Of a stretch of DNA of 64,000 bases, positions 55,801 through 64,000 are shown in pieces. Positions within the stretch are counted from its first letter, which is position 1. The number at the start of each line of letters is the position of its first letter. Position numbers and translations under genes: made by a program. The DNA is from Gemmatimonadaceae bacterium. GTDB lineage: Bacteria > Gemmatimonadota > Gemmatimonadetes > Gemmatimonadales > Gemmatimonadaceae. The DNA is taken from positions 1,216,001-1,280,000 of the forward strand of contig JBJMOW010000005.1 of assembly GCA_045803545.1 (NCBI GenBank), in the 5' to 3' direction. The notes below the pieces were generated by a model, which saw only the letters and a program-made list of their open reading frames with translations, ran no database searches and was not told the DNA's origin.

Positions 55801-56312
55801 TCAAGGCCGTACTCGGTGGTACGGTCAGTGAAGGTACCGTCGCCGTTATTTATGTAGAGCACGTTTCGTCCGCGCTCGCCGAGGTAATCGACACCTGAGA
55901 CGTAGATATCGACTTTTCCGTCGCCGTTGACGTCGGCCATCGTTACGCCCGTCTTCCATCCGATGGAGTCAGCGACGCCGGCTTTGTTCGTGATATCCTC
56001 GAACCGATAGTTGCCGAGGTTTCGATAGAGCTTGTTGGAGCCGAGGTTGGAGGTGAAGTAAAGGTCGGGGAGCCCATCCCCGTCGATGTCGCCGGCCGCA
56101 ACACCAGCCCCGTTGTAGTAATAGAGATAATTGAGGATGTTGAAGTCGACCTTCTCCGGCAGGTTATTGGAGAAGGTGATTCCGGTTTGCTCAGATTTGA
56201 GCAGGTCGAACAGTTTCGGTTGTTGGGACTGCGTTCCACGCTCGCAGGCGGTGGACGCCAGCAGCAGGGCGGCGAACGGCGCCCTAAACAAAAGAAAACT
56301 GTTACGGGGCAT
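52785..56312 (-). CDS. VCBS/FG-GAP repeat + ASPIC/UnbV (CRTAC1-like) lipoprotein
   Basis: Lipobox STAC; many D.NGDG..D repeats; RGFESS..HFGLG..WPD ASPIC/UnbV segment. Confidence 0.9.
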   Translation of the reverse strand: MPRNSFLLFRAPFAALLLASTACERGTQSQQPKLFDLLKSEQTGITFSNNLPEKVDFNILNYLYYYNGAGVAAGDIDGDGLPDLYFTSNLGSNKLYRNLGNYRFEDITNKAGVADSIGWKTGVTMADVNGDGKVDIYVSGVDYLGERGRNVLYINNGDGTFTDRTTEYGLEHRGFSTQALFFDYDGDGDLDMYLVDHSTHKVREAGGGRREAGSGMGEGGGGRSPIGDRLFRNDGNHFVDVTAAAGIHDDVDGYGLGVVASDLNGDGCPDLYVTNDFQGDDYVYINNCNGTFSELIANAPPASPIPLPPSRLSLPASRFPPPASRLPPPIQHTSRFSMGVDAADFNNDGRPDIVSLDMMPEREDILKTTATLEGWDIYNRRLQAGYHPQFARNMLQLNRGDGRFSEIGYYAGMFASDWSWSALFADLDNDGEKDLFVTNGVYRRPNDMDYITYVGQEAVQRSLGDTIIQANLELLKKMPSVALPNYAFHNNGNLTFTNVADSWGLAQPGFSNGAAYVDLTNSGNLDLVVNNINAPASIYLNNARAIDGNSYLSIVLKGTGGNTEGIGAKIIARVGATTQLLEQQPTRGFESSVDPRPHFGLGKAAKVDSLTIVWPDKRYQVLTDVPANQFLTVSQSDARGMWTYQRRLPPLASRVPPPASRLPLFSDITDEIGATFTHHDDTFYDYNRESLIPQLLSREGPKLAVADVNGDGLDDFFVGGAKWQAGQVFVQQRDGTFRASDQPSIAADSIAEDVGAVFFDANGDGAADLLVVSGGNEFSGREDALRPRLYLNDGRGNFTRDRIALPDIFENASCVAVGDFNGDGHPDVFIGSRLVAHRYGIIPHSHLLQNTGSGQFTDVTDAVAPQLADVGMVTSATWVDYDHDGKIDLIVVGQWMPVTMFHNENGKLVDRTKEAGLANTNGWWNTVTAVDLGGNGRPDLVLGNLGTNSYMQASAKEPARLYVGDFSHSGGDNIEQILTFYRNGVSYPLVGRDELVARIPSLRDKYPTYKDFGASRIEDILPRSDLPTAQVREAYTFSSAVAINNGKGGFTLKPLPAEAQLAPVYAAVAGDFDGDGKIDLVVGGNLWDVTPMLGRYDASYGLMLRGEGDGNFTPVDMQHSGLSIDGQIRDMKLVRDVRGPMVAIARNNDQLMMIRVGGNAAARPSQKSRSATPSR
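54323..54374 (+). repeat. (GCGGGAS)7 heptamer tandem array inside a CDS
   Basis: gcgggag gcgggac gcgggag gcgggac gcgggag gcgagag gcgggag gcg. Confidence 0.92.
55324..55414 (+). repeat. 13-unit GCGGGAR heptamer tandem array inside a CDS
   Basis: atgggag (gcgggag)3 (gcgggaa)3 gcgagag gcgggag gggggaa gcgggat gggcgaa gcgggag. Confidence 0.92.
55652..55707 (-). repeat. 8-unit heptamer array in the opposite orientation inside a CDS
   Basis: ctccccc ttccccc atcccgc ttcccgc ttcccgc (ctcccgc)3. Confidence 0.9.
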
Positions 56313-56364
56313 GCCTAATGCACGTATGTTAATTGGAGCATTCCTGGCCTTGTGCCACCGTCAT

Positions 56365-56832
56365 ATGGTGTCAATCAATACTCGCGTCGCTACGTTCTGC
56401 GCGATCTCCTGGCTCACCACCGCGTGCGTCTCCAGCGGTGCCGTTCATCCTAAAGAGCTCACTGATGACGGCAAGACGATCGCGCCTCATTCGCCCAATA
56501 CTGTAACGAGCGACGAGCTCGATCGCGCAGGCGATGACGCGATCGTGAAAACACTCTCCGCCAAGGTGCCCGGCGTTTGGGTAAGCATGACCGCCAGTGG
56601 CAGTCTCGCGATTCGCGTCCGCAGTTCCAGCTCGATCAACGGCAACACCGAGCCATTGTACATCATCGACGGCACCGAGGTTCAGGCCGGACCAAACGGC
56701 GCGCTCAACGGAATCAATCCGCACGATATCGCGTCGATCGAAGTGCTCAAGGACGCCGCGAGTCTGTCGTATTACGGCGTTCGCGCGGCGAACGGCGTAA
56801 TCGTCATCAAGACCAAGCAAGCGTCGAACTAG
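56365..56832 (+). CDS. Stand-alone SusC-type TonB-dependent receptor plug-domain lipoprotein
   Basis: Lipobox TTAC; PLYIIDG and INPHDIASIEVLKDAAS..YGVRAANGVIVIKTK SusC plug signature, then stop; no barrel. Confidence 0.85.
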   Translation: MVSINTRVATFCAISWLTTACVSSGAVHPKELTDDGKTIAPHSPNTVTSDELDRAGDDAIVKTLSAKVPGVWVSMTASGSLAIRVRSSSSINGNTEPLYIIDGTEVQAGPNGALNGINPHDIASIEVLKDAASLSYYGVRAANGVIVIKTKQASN

Positions 56833-59800
56833 CGCGCGCCGCTCGCCTGAAACACGAGCGGTTTGTCGTTGTCCCGCACGACGATGTAAAGCACGCCGCT
56901 TCGTGTGCGCACGCGTTGAATATCGCGCGCCTGCCCGGGAACCTCGAATCCGCTTTGCTGCTCGCGAAGAGGCGTAAAGTGTCCCTTGCCTTCGTTACGT
57001 AGATAAGTGCCAAAGCCCGCAGTCATCGTCCCGATTTCCGGGTTTACGCCGTCGAAGTTGCCCGCCAACAAAAGATCAGTCTTGCCAGTGCCGGCAAAGT
57101 CGCCGGCCAGTAAACCATAGACCGGAGCAACCTGCGCCTCGGCCGCGAGCGGCGTCACGCTGAACGATCCGTCGCCGTTATTGCGTATGAACGAGGTCGC
57201 GAAGGTATAGGCATTCTTCACGAGCGCCCCTTCCAGCTCCTTCGCGGGAAATACATCGGCGACTGTCTGATTTGCAAATGATTTGTAGGTCGGGTAGCGA
57301 TCTCGAAGCGGTGCAATCGACTGCAGTAGCTCGTCGCGCAACGGCAACGGATACTGCTTCCCGTTGTTGTAATAGGCCAGGATCTGCTGCGGAAATCCGT
57401 TATTCGCAAAATCCTTGACGTACATCGTGACCGGCGCGTTGGGGCTTGCCTGGAGGCGCGTGTTCAGCCCGAGATTCCCAACTATGAAATCGACCTTCCC
57501 GTCGCCGTCGAAATCCCCGGCGACGATTCTGTTCCACCAGCCGTTGGTTTTCTCGAGGCCGCGCGCCTCCATCTTTTGTAGCCGTCCGCTGCCCGAGTTA
57601 TGGAAGACCGTGACCGGCATCCAATCACCCACAACGATGAGATCGAGTCGGCCATCGCCATCCACGTCCTTCCAGATCGCGTCGGTCACCATCCCAATGT
57701 GTGACAGCCCCGGTGCCATTCGATCCGTAACATCGGTGAAGTGTCCCCTGCCGTCATTCTTTAGAAGCAAGCTCTGCGGGTCGGCCCCGTAGCGGCCGGG
57801 TACGCTGCGCCCGCCGACGAACAAATCAACCGCGCCATCGCCCTCGTAGTCCGCCGCAGCGACCCGCGACCCGCTCTGTGCGATTGCCGGTATCGCATTG
57901 ACCGGTTTCCGAAGATTGCCTTTGCCGTCGTTGAGATAGAGCCGATCCAGCAAAGCGGGGGCGCCTTCAGAGAACTCGTTCCCGCCCGTGACGACGTACA
58001 AATCGGGATTGCCATCCCCGTTTGCGTCGAAAAACGCCGCGCCCACATCCTCCGAAGTACTGTCCTCGGCGAGGAGCTTCTCGTTGCTCCGCACGAAGCT
58101 GCCATCCTGCCGCTGGATCAACAGAGCGCTTGGCTGGCCCTTGGCGCCGCCGATGAAGATGTCGTCGAGCCCATCGTGATTGACATCCCCCACCGCCAGC
58201 GCGGGTCCTTCGATCGAGAGCTTCTTTGGCATCAACGGCTCGCGATTGAAGTCGACATAATCATTCTCCTGATGCAGGAACGGCAAGCGCACTCGTTCGG
58301 TCACATCGGTGAAAATCTGTCGAGCAGTTTGTACGGCTTCGGCGCCGGTGACTGCTTTTGCCGACTCGCTCTGCTTGATCGCCAGACGCTGATTCGCCCG
58401 CACCTTTGCGAGCCTGCTGACGCGGCCGTCCGGCCAGTTCACCACCACGGATTGCACGGTGTCCACTTTGCCGATTCCGAAGGTCAGGACGTAGTCAACG
58501 CTCGACTGGAATCCTCGCGTCGGTGATTCTTCCTGATACAGGGTCTGCGTCCCGGCCTGCACCGTAACCGTGGCTCCGATGGCGAAGGGGTTCTGACCGT
58601 CCCCCTCCAGCTTCACCTGCAGGTAGTGATTATCCGGCAGAATCTTGCGCGCGTTGTTGCGGTAGACAAACGCCTCGTCGTTGACGTTGTTGACGACGAG
58701 ATCGAGCGCGCCATCACCATCGAGGTCTGCGTACACTGCGCCGCTGCCGAAACTCGGCGTGGACAATCCCCACGACTTTGCTTCATTCGTGAAAGTGAGA
58801 TTGCCGTTGTTGTGAAACGCGTAGTGCGACAGCTTGGTCGATGTCATCGCATCGATCAGCTGCTTGAAGTCGACTTTCTTTCCTCTGTTGGCGGTTGCCG
58901 CCGCCATGGTGCGCGGATCGGCGAGATAGCGCACGTAATCCTGCGATGTGACGTCCTTGGCGATGCCGTTCGTGACGTAGATGTCCTTGTAGCCATCGAG
59001 ATCCAGGTCCGCGGCCAACGCACTCCAGCTCCAGTCGGTGCGAGCGACGCCGGCCATCTGGCCAACGTCGCTGAATGTGCCGTCGCCGTTATTCAGCTGC
59101 AGCATGTTGCGCATCACCTGGTGATGAAACCCGTTCTGCACCATCAGCTGACTGGCTTGCCAGTCACCGAAGCTCGAGGTCGTACGCAAGCGGTACTCGT
59201 CTTCTGGCAGCATGTCGGTCGTATAGACGTCAGGCCAGCCATCGTTGTTGATGTCGGCAATGTCGAGACCCATCGAGAAGTACGAGAGATACGGCATCTC
59301 CCTGTCGAGCCGCTCGTCGAATGTGCCGTCGTGATTGTTGATGTAGAGGTAATCGCGCTCGAAGAAGTCGTTTGAGGCGTAGATGTCCGGCCAGCCGTCG
59401 CGGTTTACGTCGGCGACGACGACGCCGAGTCCGAATGCGATCTCCGGCCCGTAGATACCTGCTTTGACGCTGACGTCGGTGAAGTGGCCGTTCCCGTCGT
59501 TGTGAAAGAGCTTCTCGCCGCCGAGTGGATCACGGGTGTTGCGAGTGTTACGCATGCCGAAGCTATTGGCCGGCCGGTACGAGTTATTGACGAGAAACAG
59601 ATCGAGCTTGCCGTCGCGATCGTAGTCGAGAAATGCGGCCTGGGTGGAATAACCTTCGTCGGCGAGGCCGTACTGCTTCGCCATCTCCCTGAAGGTGGGC
59701 ACGCCGTTCCGGTCGTTGCCCTGATTGACGTAGAGCTCGTTGGCGCGCGCCGATCCTGCGGTCGGCCCCGCGTAGCAGACATAGATGTCCAGCTTGCCGT

Positions 59801-60203
59801 CGCCGTCGACGTCGGCGAAGGTCACGCCGGTCAGCCACGATTGGCGGCCGGTGACACCTGCTTCCTTGGTGATTTCCTGAAAGCGGAAATTGCCTTTGTT
59901 CAGATAGAGATGGCCGCCGTGCTGATTGGAGGTCAGCATGACTTCCGGCAACCCGTCGCCGTTGAGATCGCCGACTGCTACCCCACCGCCATTATAGAAA
60001 TTGCGGTAGGTGAAGACGTTGAACTCCGGCGAATCCTGCAGCCGGTTCTCGAAATTGACGCCAGTGTAGCTCGAAGGAAGCAAGGTGAAGAGAGTGCCGT
60101 CGACGGCTGGCGCCTTCGCGTCGCTGATGGTTCCCTGTTTTTTATCGGAGCCGCTGCAGGCGGCGAGCACACAGAGGGCGGGAAGAGCAAACCGGAACTT
60201 CAA
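56829..60203 (-). CDS. VCBS/FG-GAP repeat + ASPIC/UnbV lipoprotein (paralog)
   Basis: Lipobox LAAC; same architecture as 52785..56312 but without the heptamer inserts. Confidence 0.9.
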   Translation of the reverse strand: MKFRFALPALCVLAACSGSDKKQGTISDAKAPAVDGTLFTLLPSSYTGVNFENRLQDSPEFNVFTYRNFYNGGGVAVGDLNGDGLPEVMLTSNQHGGHLYLNKGNFRFQEITKEAGVTGRQSWLTGVTFADVDGDGKLDIYVCYAGPTAGSARANELYVNQGNDRNGVPTFREMAKQYGLADEGYSTQAAFLDYDRDGKLDLFLVNNSYRPANSFGMRNTRNTRDPLGGEKLFHNDGNGHFTDVSVKAGIYGPEIAFGLGVVVADVNRDGWPDIYASNDFFERDYLYINNHDGTFDERLDREMPYLSYFSMGLDIADINNDGWPDVYTTDMLPEDEYRLRTTSSFGDWQASQLMVQNGFHHQVMRNMLQLNNGDGTFSDVGQMAGVARTDWSWSALAADLDLDGYKDIYVTNGIAKDVTSQDYVRYLADPRTMAAATANRGKKVDFKQLIDAMTSTKLSHYAFHNNGNLTFTNEAKSWGLSTPSFGSGAVYADLDGDGALDLVVNNVNDEAFVYRNNARKILPDNHYLQVKLEGDGQNPFAIGATVTVQAGTQTLYQEESPTRGFQSSVDYVLTFGIGKVDTVQSVVVNWPDGRVSRLAKVRANQRLAIKQSESAKAVTGAEAVQTARQIFTDVTERVRLPFLHQENDYVDFNREPLMPKKLSIEGPALAVGDVNHDGLDDIFIGGAKGQPSALLIQRQDGSFVRSNEKLLAEDSTSEDVGAAFFDANGDGNPDLYVVTGGNEFSEGAPALLDRLYLNDGKGNLRKPVNAIPAIAQSGSRVAAADYEGDGAVDLFVGGRSVPGRYGADPQSLLLKNDGRGHFTDVTDRMAPGLSHIGMVTDAIWKDVDGDGRLDLIVVGDWMPVTVFHNSGSGRLQKMEARGLEKTNGWWNRIVAGDFDGDGKVDFIVGNLGLNTRLQASPNAPVTMYVKDFANNGFPQQILAYYNNGKQYPLPLRDELLQSIAPLRDRYPTYKSFANQTVADVFPAKELEGALVKNAYTFATSFIRNNGDGSFSVTPLAAEAQVAPVYGLLAGDFAGTGKTDLLLAGNFDGVNPEIGTMTAGFGTYLRNEGKGHFTPLREQQSGFEVPGQARDIQRVRTRSGVLYIVVRDNDKPLVFQASGAR

Positions 60204-60221
60204 ATATTTGGCACCTTAGCA

Positions 60222-60259
60222 CATCATGGCCTGCCCTCCGAAGAGAGCAGGCCATGATG
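60222..60259. other. Intergenic stem-loop without U-tract
   Basis: catcatggcctgc / gcaggccatgatg 13-bp stem between susD and the VCBS gene. Confidence 0.65.
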
Positions 60260-60283
60260 GGAAGTAAGTGTTACTGCGCGAGA

Positions 60284-61870
60284 TTAATAACCCGGATTCT
60301 GCTCTAGCTTCGAGTTGGTCTCGATCTGCGTCTGCGGAATCGGGAACAGAACCTTGTACGGCGCGTTTGTGGTCTTCGCGTACCAGGTTCCCGACGTGAA
60401 CTGATTGAAACGGACCAGGTCAGTTCGCCGTTTGCCTTCCGCTGTGAGCTCAAACAGGCGCTCCTTGAGGATCGCGGCACGGACTTCGGCCTGGGTTAGC
60501 GTCGTCGCGAGTGCCGGTGCGTTGACGCGGGCGCGGATCGTATTGATATCTACGATTGCCTGCGCGGTCTGACCCAGCTCGTTCTCAGCCTCGGCTCTGA
60601 TCAGATACATCTCGCCAAGGCGGAACCAGGCATAGTCGTTACCGGCATCCTGGTTGACGTGTGCTGGATCGACTGGCCATTTGGCGATACGCACGCCCTG
60701 ACCCTCGGTCGCCGATGTGACGTCCGGAATATTCGGATCAAAGACGAGTGGATTGCCCTGACGATCAGTCGCTGGCTGGCCGGTCACGAGATTGACCTGC
60801 GGACCTGCCAGGAAAATCTGCTTGCGTGCGTCGTTCGGATCGAACGATGCATAAGTGTCGGCGAGCGTGGAGAAACCGTTCCACGGCTCGTTCGAACCGC
60901 TGTACTGATGATAGTGCAGCGCGCGCATCAGGAAGTTGTTGCCCATATCCGTGACGGCGGCGAATTTGATGGCGAAGATGATTTCCGGCGACTTGTTATT
61001 GTCGGCCGTAAAGTTCTTGCGCCAACCGCAACCTGCGCCTGCGCAACCCTGATTGGCGTTGGTTGTGAGAGTGTAATTACCCGAGCCGATGACGGCGTTC
61101 GCTGAAGTGAGCGCGTCCTGCCAATGCGCCGTGCCCGCCTGCAGTCCCGCGGTCGTCACCGTGCCAGTGAAGACCTGAGCGTTCAGGTATAGCTCCGCCA
61201 GGATCGCGTCAACCGTACCCTGAGTTACCCGGCCGTTCATTTCCGCTGGCCACGTCGCCGGCAGATCGGTCCTCGCCGCCTTGAGCTCACTCTCGATGAA
61301 TGCAAAGACTTCAGCGCGAGTGTTTCTCGGCCGCTCGGCGATGTCGGTACCGGTGCAGAGCGCATTGCCTGCTTCTTCGCAGACAATCGGCACGCCGCCG
61401 AACAGATCCTGCAGCATGTAGTAGTAGAACGCGCGAAGAACACGCAGCTCCGCCACCATTGCCGGCTTGCCCACGAAATTGTTGCCGCTGATACCGTGCA
61501 GCACGACGTTGGCGCGCGCTACGCCGATGAACAGGTCAACCCACGAGTTGTTAATGAGGTCCAGACCAGCCGGACTGTTTGGCGTGAAAGTCTGGCGGTG
61601 GAGATCCAGCCACTTCCCGTTGTCGTACCAGTCCTGACCGCGAGTCGGAACGATGATCTCGTCGGTGGTTACTTCGGAGATGTTGTAGCTGTTGTCGTAC
61701 GTCGCACGGAGTTGTGCATAAACCGATGCGAGTCCGCCGAGAGCTTCGTCCGCGTTCTGGTAGAAGTTCTCTGGTGTAATTGCGCTTTTCGGAACCTCAG
61801 TGAGGTCCGTACAGGCCGGTGCGAGCGCGATGAGTGCGAAGACACCGGCAGTGAGCATTTTGTTGGTCAT
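60284..61870 (-). CDS. susD: RagB/SusD-family nutrient-binding lipoprotein
   Basis: Lipobox APAC from ATG 61870; LRAFYY..L.DLFGGVP, FRLGEMYLIRAEA, ERLFEL.AEG.RR.DL.RF, QNPGY C-terminus. Confidence 0.92.
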   Translation of the reverse strand: MTNKMLTAGVFALIALAPACTDLTEVPKSAITPENFYQNADEALGGLASVYAQLRATYDNSYNISEVTTDEIIVPTRGQDWYDNGKWLDLHRQTFTPNSPAGLDLINNSWVDLFIGVARANVVLHGISGNNFVGKPAMVAELRVLRAFYYYMLQDLFGGVPIVCEEAGNALCTGTDIAERPRNTRAEVFAFIESELKAARTDLPATWPAEMNGRVTQGTVDAILAELYLNAQVFTGTVTTAGLQAGTAHWQDALTSANAVIGSGNYTLTTNANQGCAGAGCGWRKNFTADNNKSPEIIFAIKFAAVTDMGNNFLMRALHYHQYSGSNEPWNGFSTLADTYASFDPNDARKQIFLAGPQVNLVTGQPATDRQGNPLVFDPNIPDVTSATEGQGVRIAKWPVDPAHVNQDAGNDYAWFRLGEMYLIRAEAENELGQTAQAIVDINTIRARVNAPALATTLTQAEVRAAILKERLFELTAEGKRRTDLVRFNQFTSGTWYAKTTNAPYKVLFPIPQTQIETNSKLEQNPGY

Positions 61871-61877
61871 AAGTCGG

Positions 61878-64000
61878 TTAGAATGCGACACGGAGGCCTC
61901 CCGTAATCGTACGCGGACGAGGATAATGCAGGTAATCGATGCCGCGCGGTGCAATGCCCGGCAACTGCGAGTGGACTTCCGGATCATATCCGCTATACGG
62001 AGTCCACAGACCCAGGTTGTCACCCGAGACGTAGGCGCGAGCGCCTCTGCCGAGGCCGGTGAAGGCTGGCATGTCGAAGGTGTAGCCGATAGTGACGTTG
62101 GCTAGACGGGTATACGAACCGTCTTCGATCCAGCGCGACGAATAGATCGCCGGCTCGTGCAGATCGGTTGGATCCGTCAGCGCGGACGCCAGGAAGTTCT
62201 TGTCCTGCAGCGCATTGCCCTTCGTGGAGTAAACCAGCGCCGTGTTGTTGAAGATCTTCTGGCCGGCTTCTCTGTGAATGAGCATGCTGAAGTCAAACTT
62301 CTTCCACTGGCCATTGGTGTGGAGACCCAGAGTGTAGTTCGGGTTCGCATTACCGAGGATCACGTAATCGTCGCCGGTGATTCCAGCCGACGTGACCTGG
62401 CCCTGAAGAGTTCTGACGCCGTTAGCGTCAACGGTGTAGTGGTTAAAGAGCTGGATACCATTCGCGTTCCAGCCGGCGAATTGCGGACCGACAAACGTGC
62501 CGATCGGCTGGCCAACCATGATACGCTGAGTGAACTGGTTGGACTGACCCTGGCCGCTGGCCTGAGCATCCGGAATGAAGGTTCGCGCGCCGAGGTCGAC
62601 GATCTTGTTCTTGTCGTGCGAGAAGACGAAGCCCGCGTTCCAGGTGAACTCGTTCCGCTGCATGACGAGACCGTCGAGCGAGAACTCAACTCCCTTGTTC
62701 TGGAGCTTGCCGATGTTCTCGAGACGATCACCGACGACTGCCGGCTGCGGCACCTGCACCGTAAGCAGCAAGTCATGGGTGTTCTTGACGTAGTACTCGA
62801 GGCTGCCGTTCAACCGATTGTTGAGGAAGCCGTAATCGAGCGCAACGTTGGTCTGCGCCGTCTCTTCCCACTTCAGATCAGGATTAGCGTTTCTGAGTGG
62901 CGTGATTCCCGTCGCCGGGTTGTCGCCGAACGGATAACGTGATCCACCGCTGGCGCCGAGCAGAATTAGTGAAGAGTAGGCTGGCACTGCTGGGTTACCC
63001 TGCTTGCCCCATCCAGCGCGAAGTCTGAGCTCGCTGAACGGTCCCGTCGGAATCCATGACTCCTGGCTTAGACGCCACGAACCTGATATCGCCGGGAAGG
63101 TTGCCCATTTGTGGTTCTCACCGAACTGCGACGCTCCATCCTTTCTCGCAACGAGAGTCAGGAAGTATTTCTCAGCGAGGCCAAAGTTTGCCCGGCCGAA
63201 GAAAGAAACGAGACGTGTGTCGGTTTCGAACGAATACGGTGGCTCGACAGTGTTTCCGCTACCGAGGCTGTTAAACGTGAATGCGTCGGTGAGGTAGTTG
63301 CGTGTCTGGACGCCGAATTCGTTGACGGTGTTGGCGTTGAACTCGTAACCGCCCACCACGTCGACCTCTTTCGAGCCTGCCAAGGTCGGGTGGAAGGTCA
63401 GAAGCGTCTGAAGCTGCTTCGCGAGCTCGTCGCGATTGGCGCGTTGGGCGATGCCGTTGAAGCCGGCGCCGAAGGCGCTGATACGCGGTGCGTAGAAGTT
63501 ACGATCACCCGCGGTGCGGTCGATGCCGATGTTCACCCGCGCAGTAAGAGCCGAGAAAAGATCGTAGTCTGCTGACACGTTGCCGAGGGTACGATCGGAG
63601 ACACCCTTGTCGAGCACCTGATTGGCAAGCGCGACCGGGTTACGTACCGATTGACCACCCGGGCCGATCTCGAAGAAGCTGGTGTTACCCGTCGTCGGAT
63701 CCGTAACGGTGACCGGACGAGTCGGGTTGAAGTTCACCATGTTAATAAAAACACCGCCCTCGAAGCCGGTGTTTTCGTTAAACGGTAGATAATCGTTGAT
63801 GACGTGCGAGCCCGTGAGATTGAGCGCCATCCGGAGCTTGCCGTCGATTGCCTGGTGGGTGCCGTTGACGCGCGCCTGATAGCGCTTCATGCCGTTGGCG
63901 ATTACCACGCCTTCCTGATCGAAGAAGTTGAGCGAAGCACGATAGGTCGTGCTGGCAGAACCACCGGCGAACGAGAGGTTGTGATTAACCGTCGGAGCGT
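61878..64000 (-). CDS. susC: SusC/RagA-family TonB-dependent transporter (partial, 5' end outside the window)
   Basis: Frame is open to the window edge; RKDGASQFG, FPAISGSW, NPDLKWEET, IEDGSY.RL, YPRPRT..G...F C-terminus. Confidence 0.93.
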   Translation of the reverse strand, partial: APTVNHNLSFAGGSASTTYRASLNFFDQEGVVIANGMKRYQARVNGTHQAIDGKLRMALNLTGSHVINDYLPFNENTGFEGGVFINMVNFNPTRPVTVTDPTTGNTSFFEIGPGGQSVRNPVALANQVLDKGVSDRTLGNVSADYDLFSALTARVNIGIDRTAGDRNFYAPRISAFGAGFNGIAQRANRDELAKQLQTLLTFHPTLAGSKEVDVVGGYEFNANTVNEFGVQTRNYLTDAFTFNSLGSGNTVEPPYSFETDTRLVSFFGRANFGLAEKYFLTLVARKDGASQFGENHKWATFPAISGSWRLSQESWIPTGPFSELRLRAGWGKQGNPAVPAYSSLILLGASGGSRYPFGDNPATGITPLRNANPDLKWEETAQTNVALDYGFLNNRLNGSLEYYVKNTHDLLLTVQVPQPAVVGDRLENIGKLQNKGVEFSLDGLVMQRNEFTWNAGFVFSHDKNKIVDLGARTFIPDAQASGQGQSNQFTQRIMVGQPIGTFVGPQFAGWNANGIQLFNHYTVDANGVRTLQGQVTSAGITGDDYVILGNANPNYTLGLHTNGQWKKFDFSMLIHREAGQKIFNNTALVYSTKGNALQDKNFLASALTDPTDLHEPAIYSSRWIEDGSYTRLANVTIGYTFDMPAFTGLGRGARAYVSGDNLGLWTPYSGYDPEVHSQLPGIAPRGIDYLHYPRPRTITGGLRVAF

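Noticed and set aside
1..64000. Prophage, IS element, integron, CRISPR-Cas or anti-phage defence genes
   Set aside because: No transposase, integrase, cas, phage structural or recognisable defence protein among the ORFs, and no obvious compositional island.

Overview
GC-rich bacterial chromosomal segment, densely coding (about 50 genes). No rRNA, tRNA, CRISPR array, transposase, integrase or phage gene was seen. The gene mix (SusC/SusD plus VCBS lipoproteins in a high-GC genome, Pro-rich TonB, orphan PilB-like ATPase) suggests Gemmatimonadota or a related FCB lineage; this is inference. Left part: housekeeping and stress genes (thrC, RNase II/R, soluble acyl-ACP desaturase, KGG stress protein, a CheB/CheR-PAS/histidine-kinase module with no chemoreceptor, cyanophycinase). 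Middle: envelope and peptidase genes (M28 x2, NagB fusion, TonB/TolB-like, MprF-AcvB, L,D-transpeptidase), an ATP-grasp + flavin monooxygenase pair, and a PilB/GspE ATPase fused to a pseudo-receiver and a GAF domain. Right part (38.7-64 kb): a PUL-like alpha-glucoside/trehalose locus (ABC system, unclassified secreted glycosidase-like protein, GH15, SSS, two VCBS/ASPIC proteins, SusD, SusC). Strongest non-obvious signals: (1) an unannotated promoter, 33-codon leader peptide and terminator/antiterminator upstream of a HAD-phosphatase/SemiSWEET/BtuF-like operon; (2) several sequence-unrelated families of palindromic elements built from 7-nt tandem units, some inserted in frame inside genes; (3) the PilB-pseudoREC-GAF fusion and a split methyl-accepting coiled-coil signalling system. 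All functional calls come from motif recognition, not database searches.
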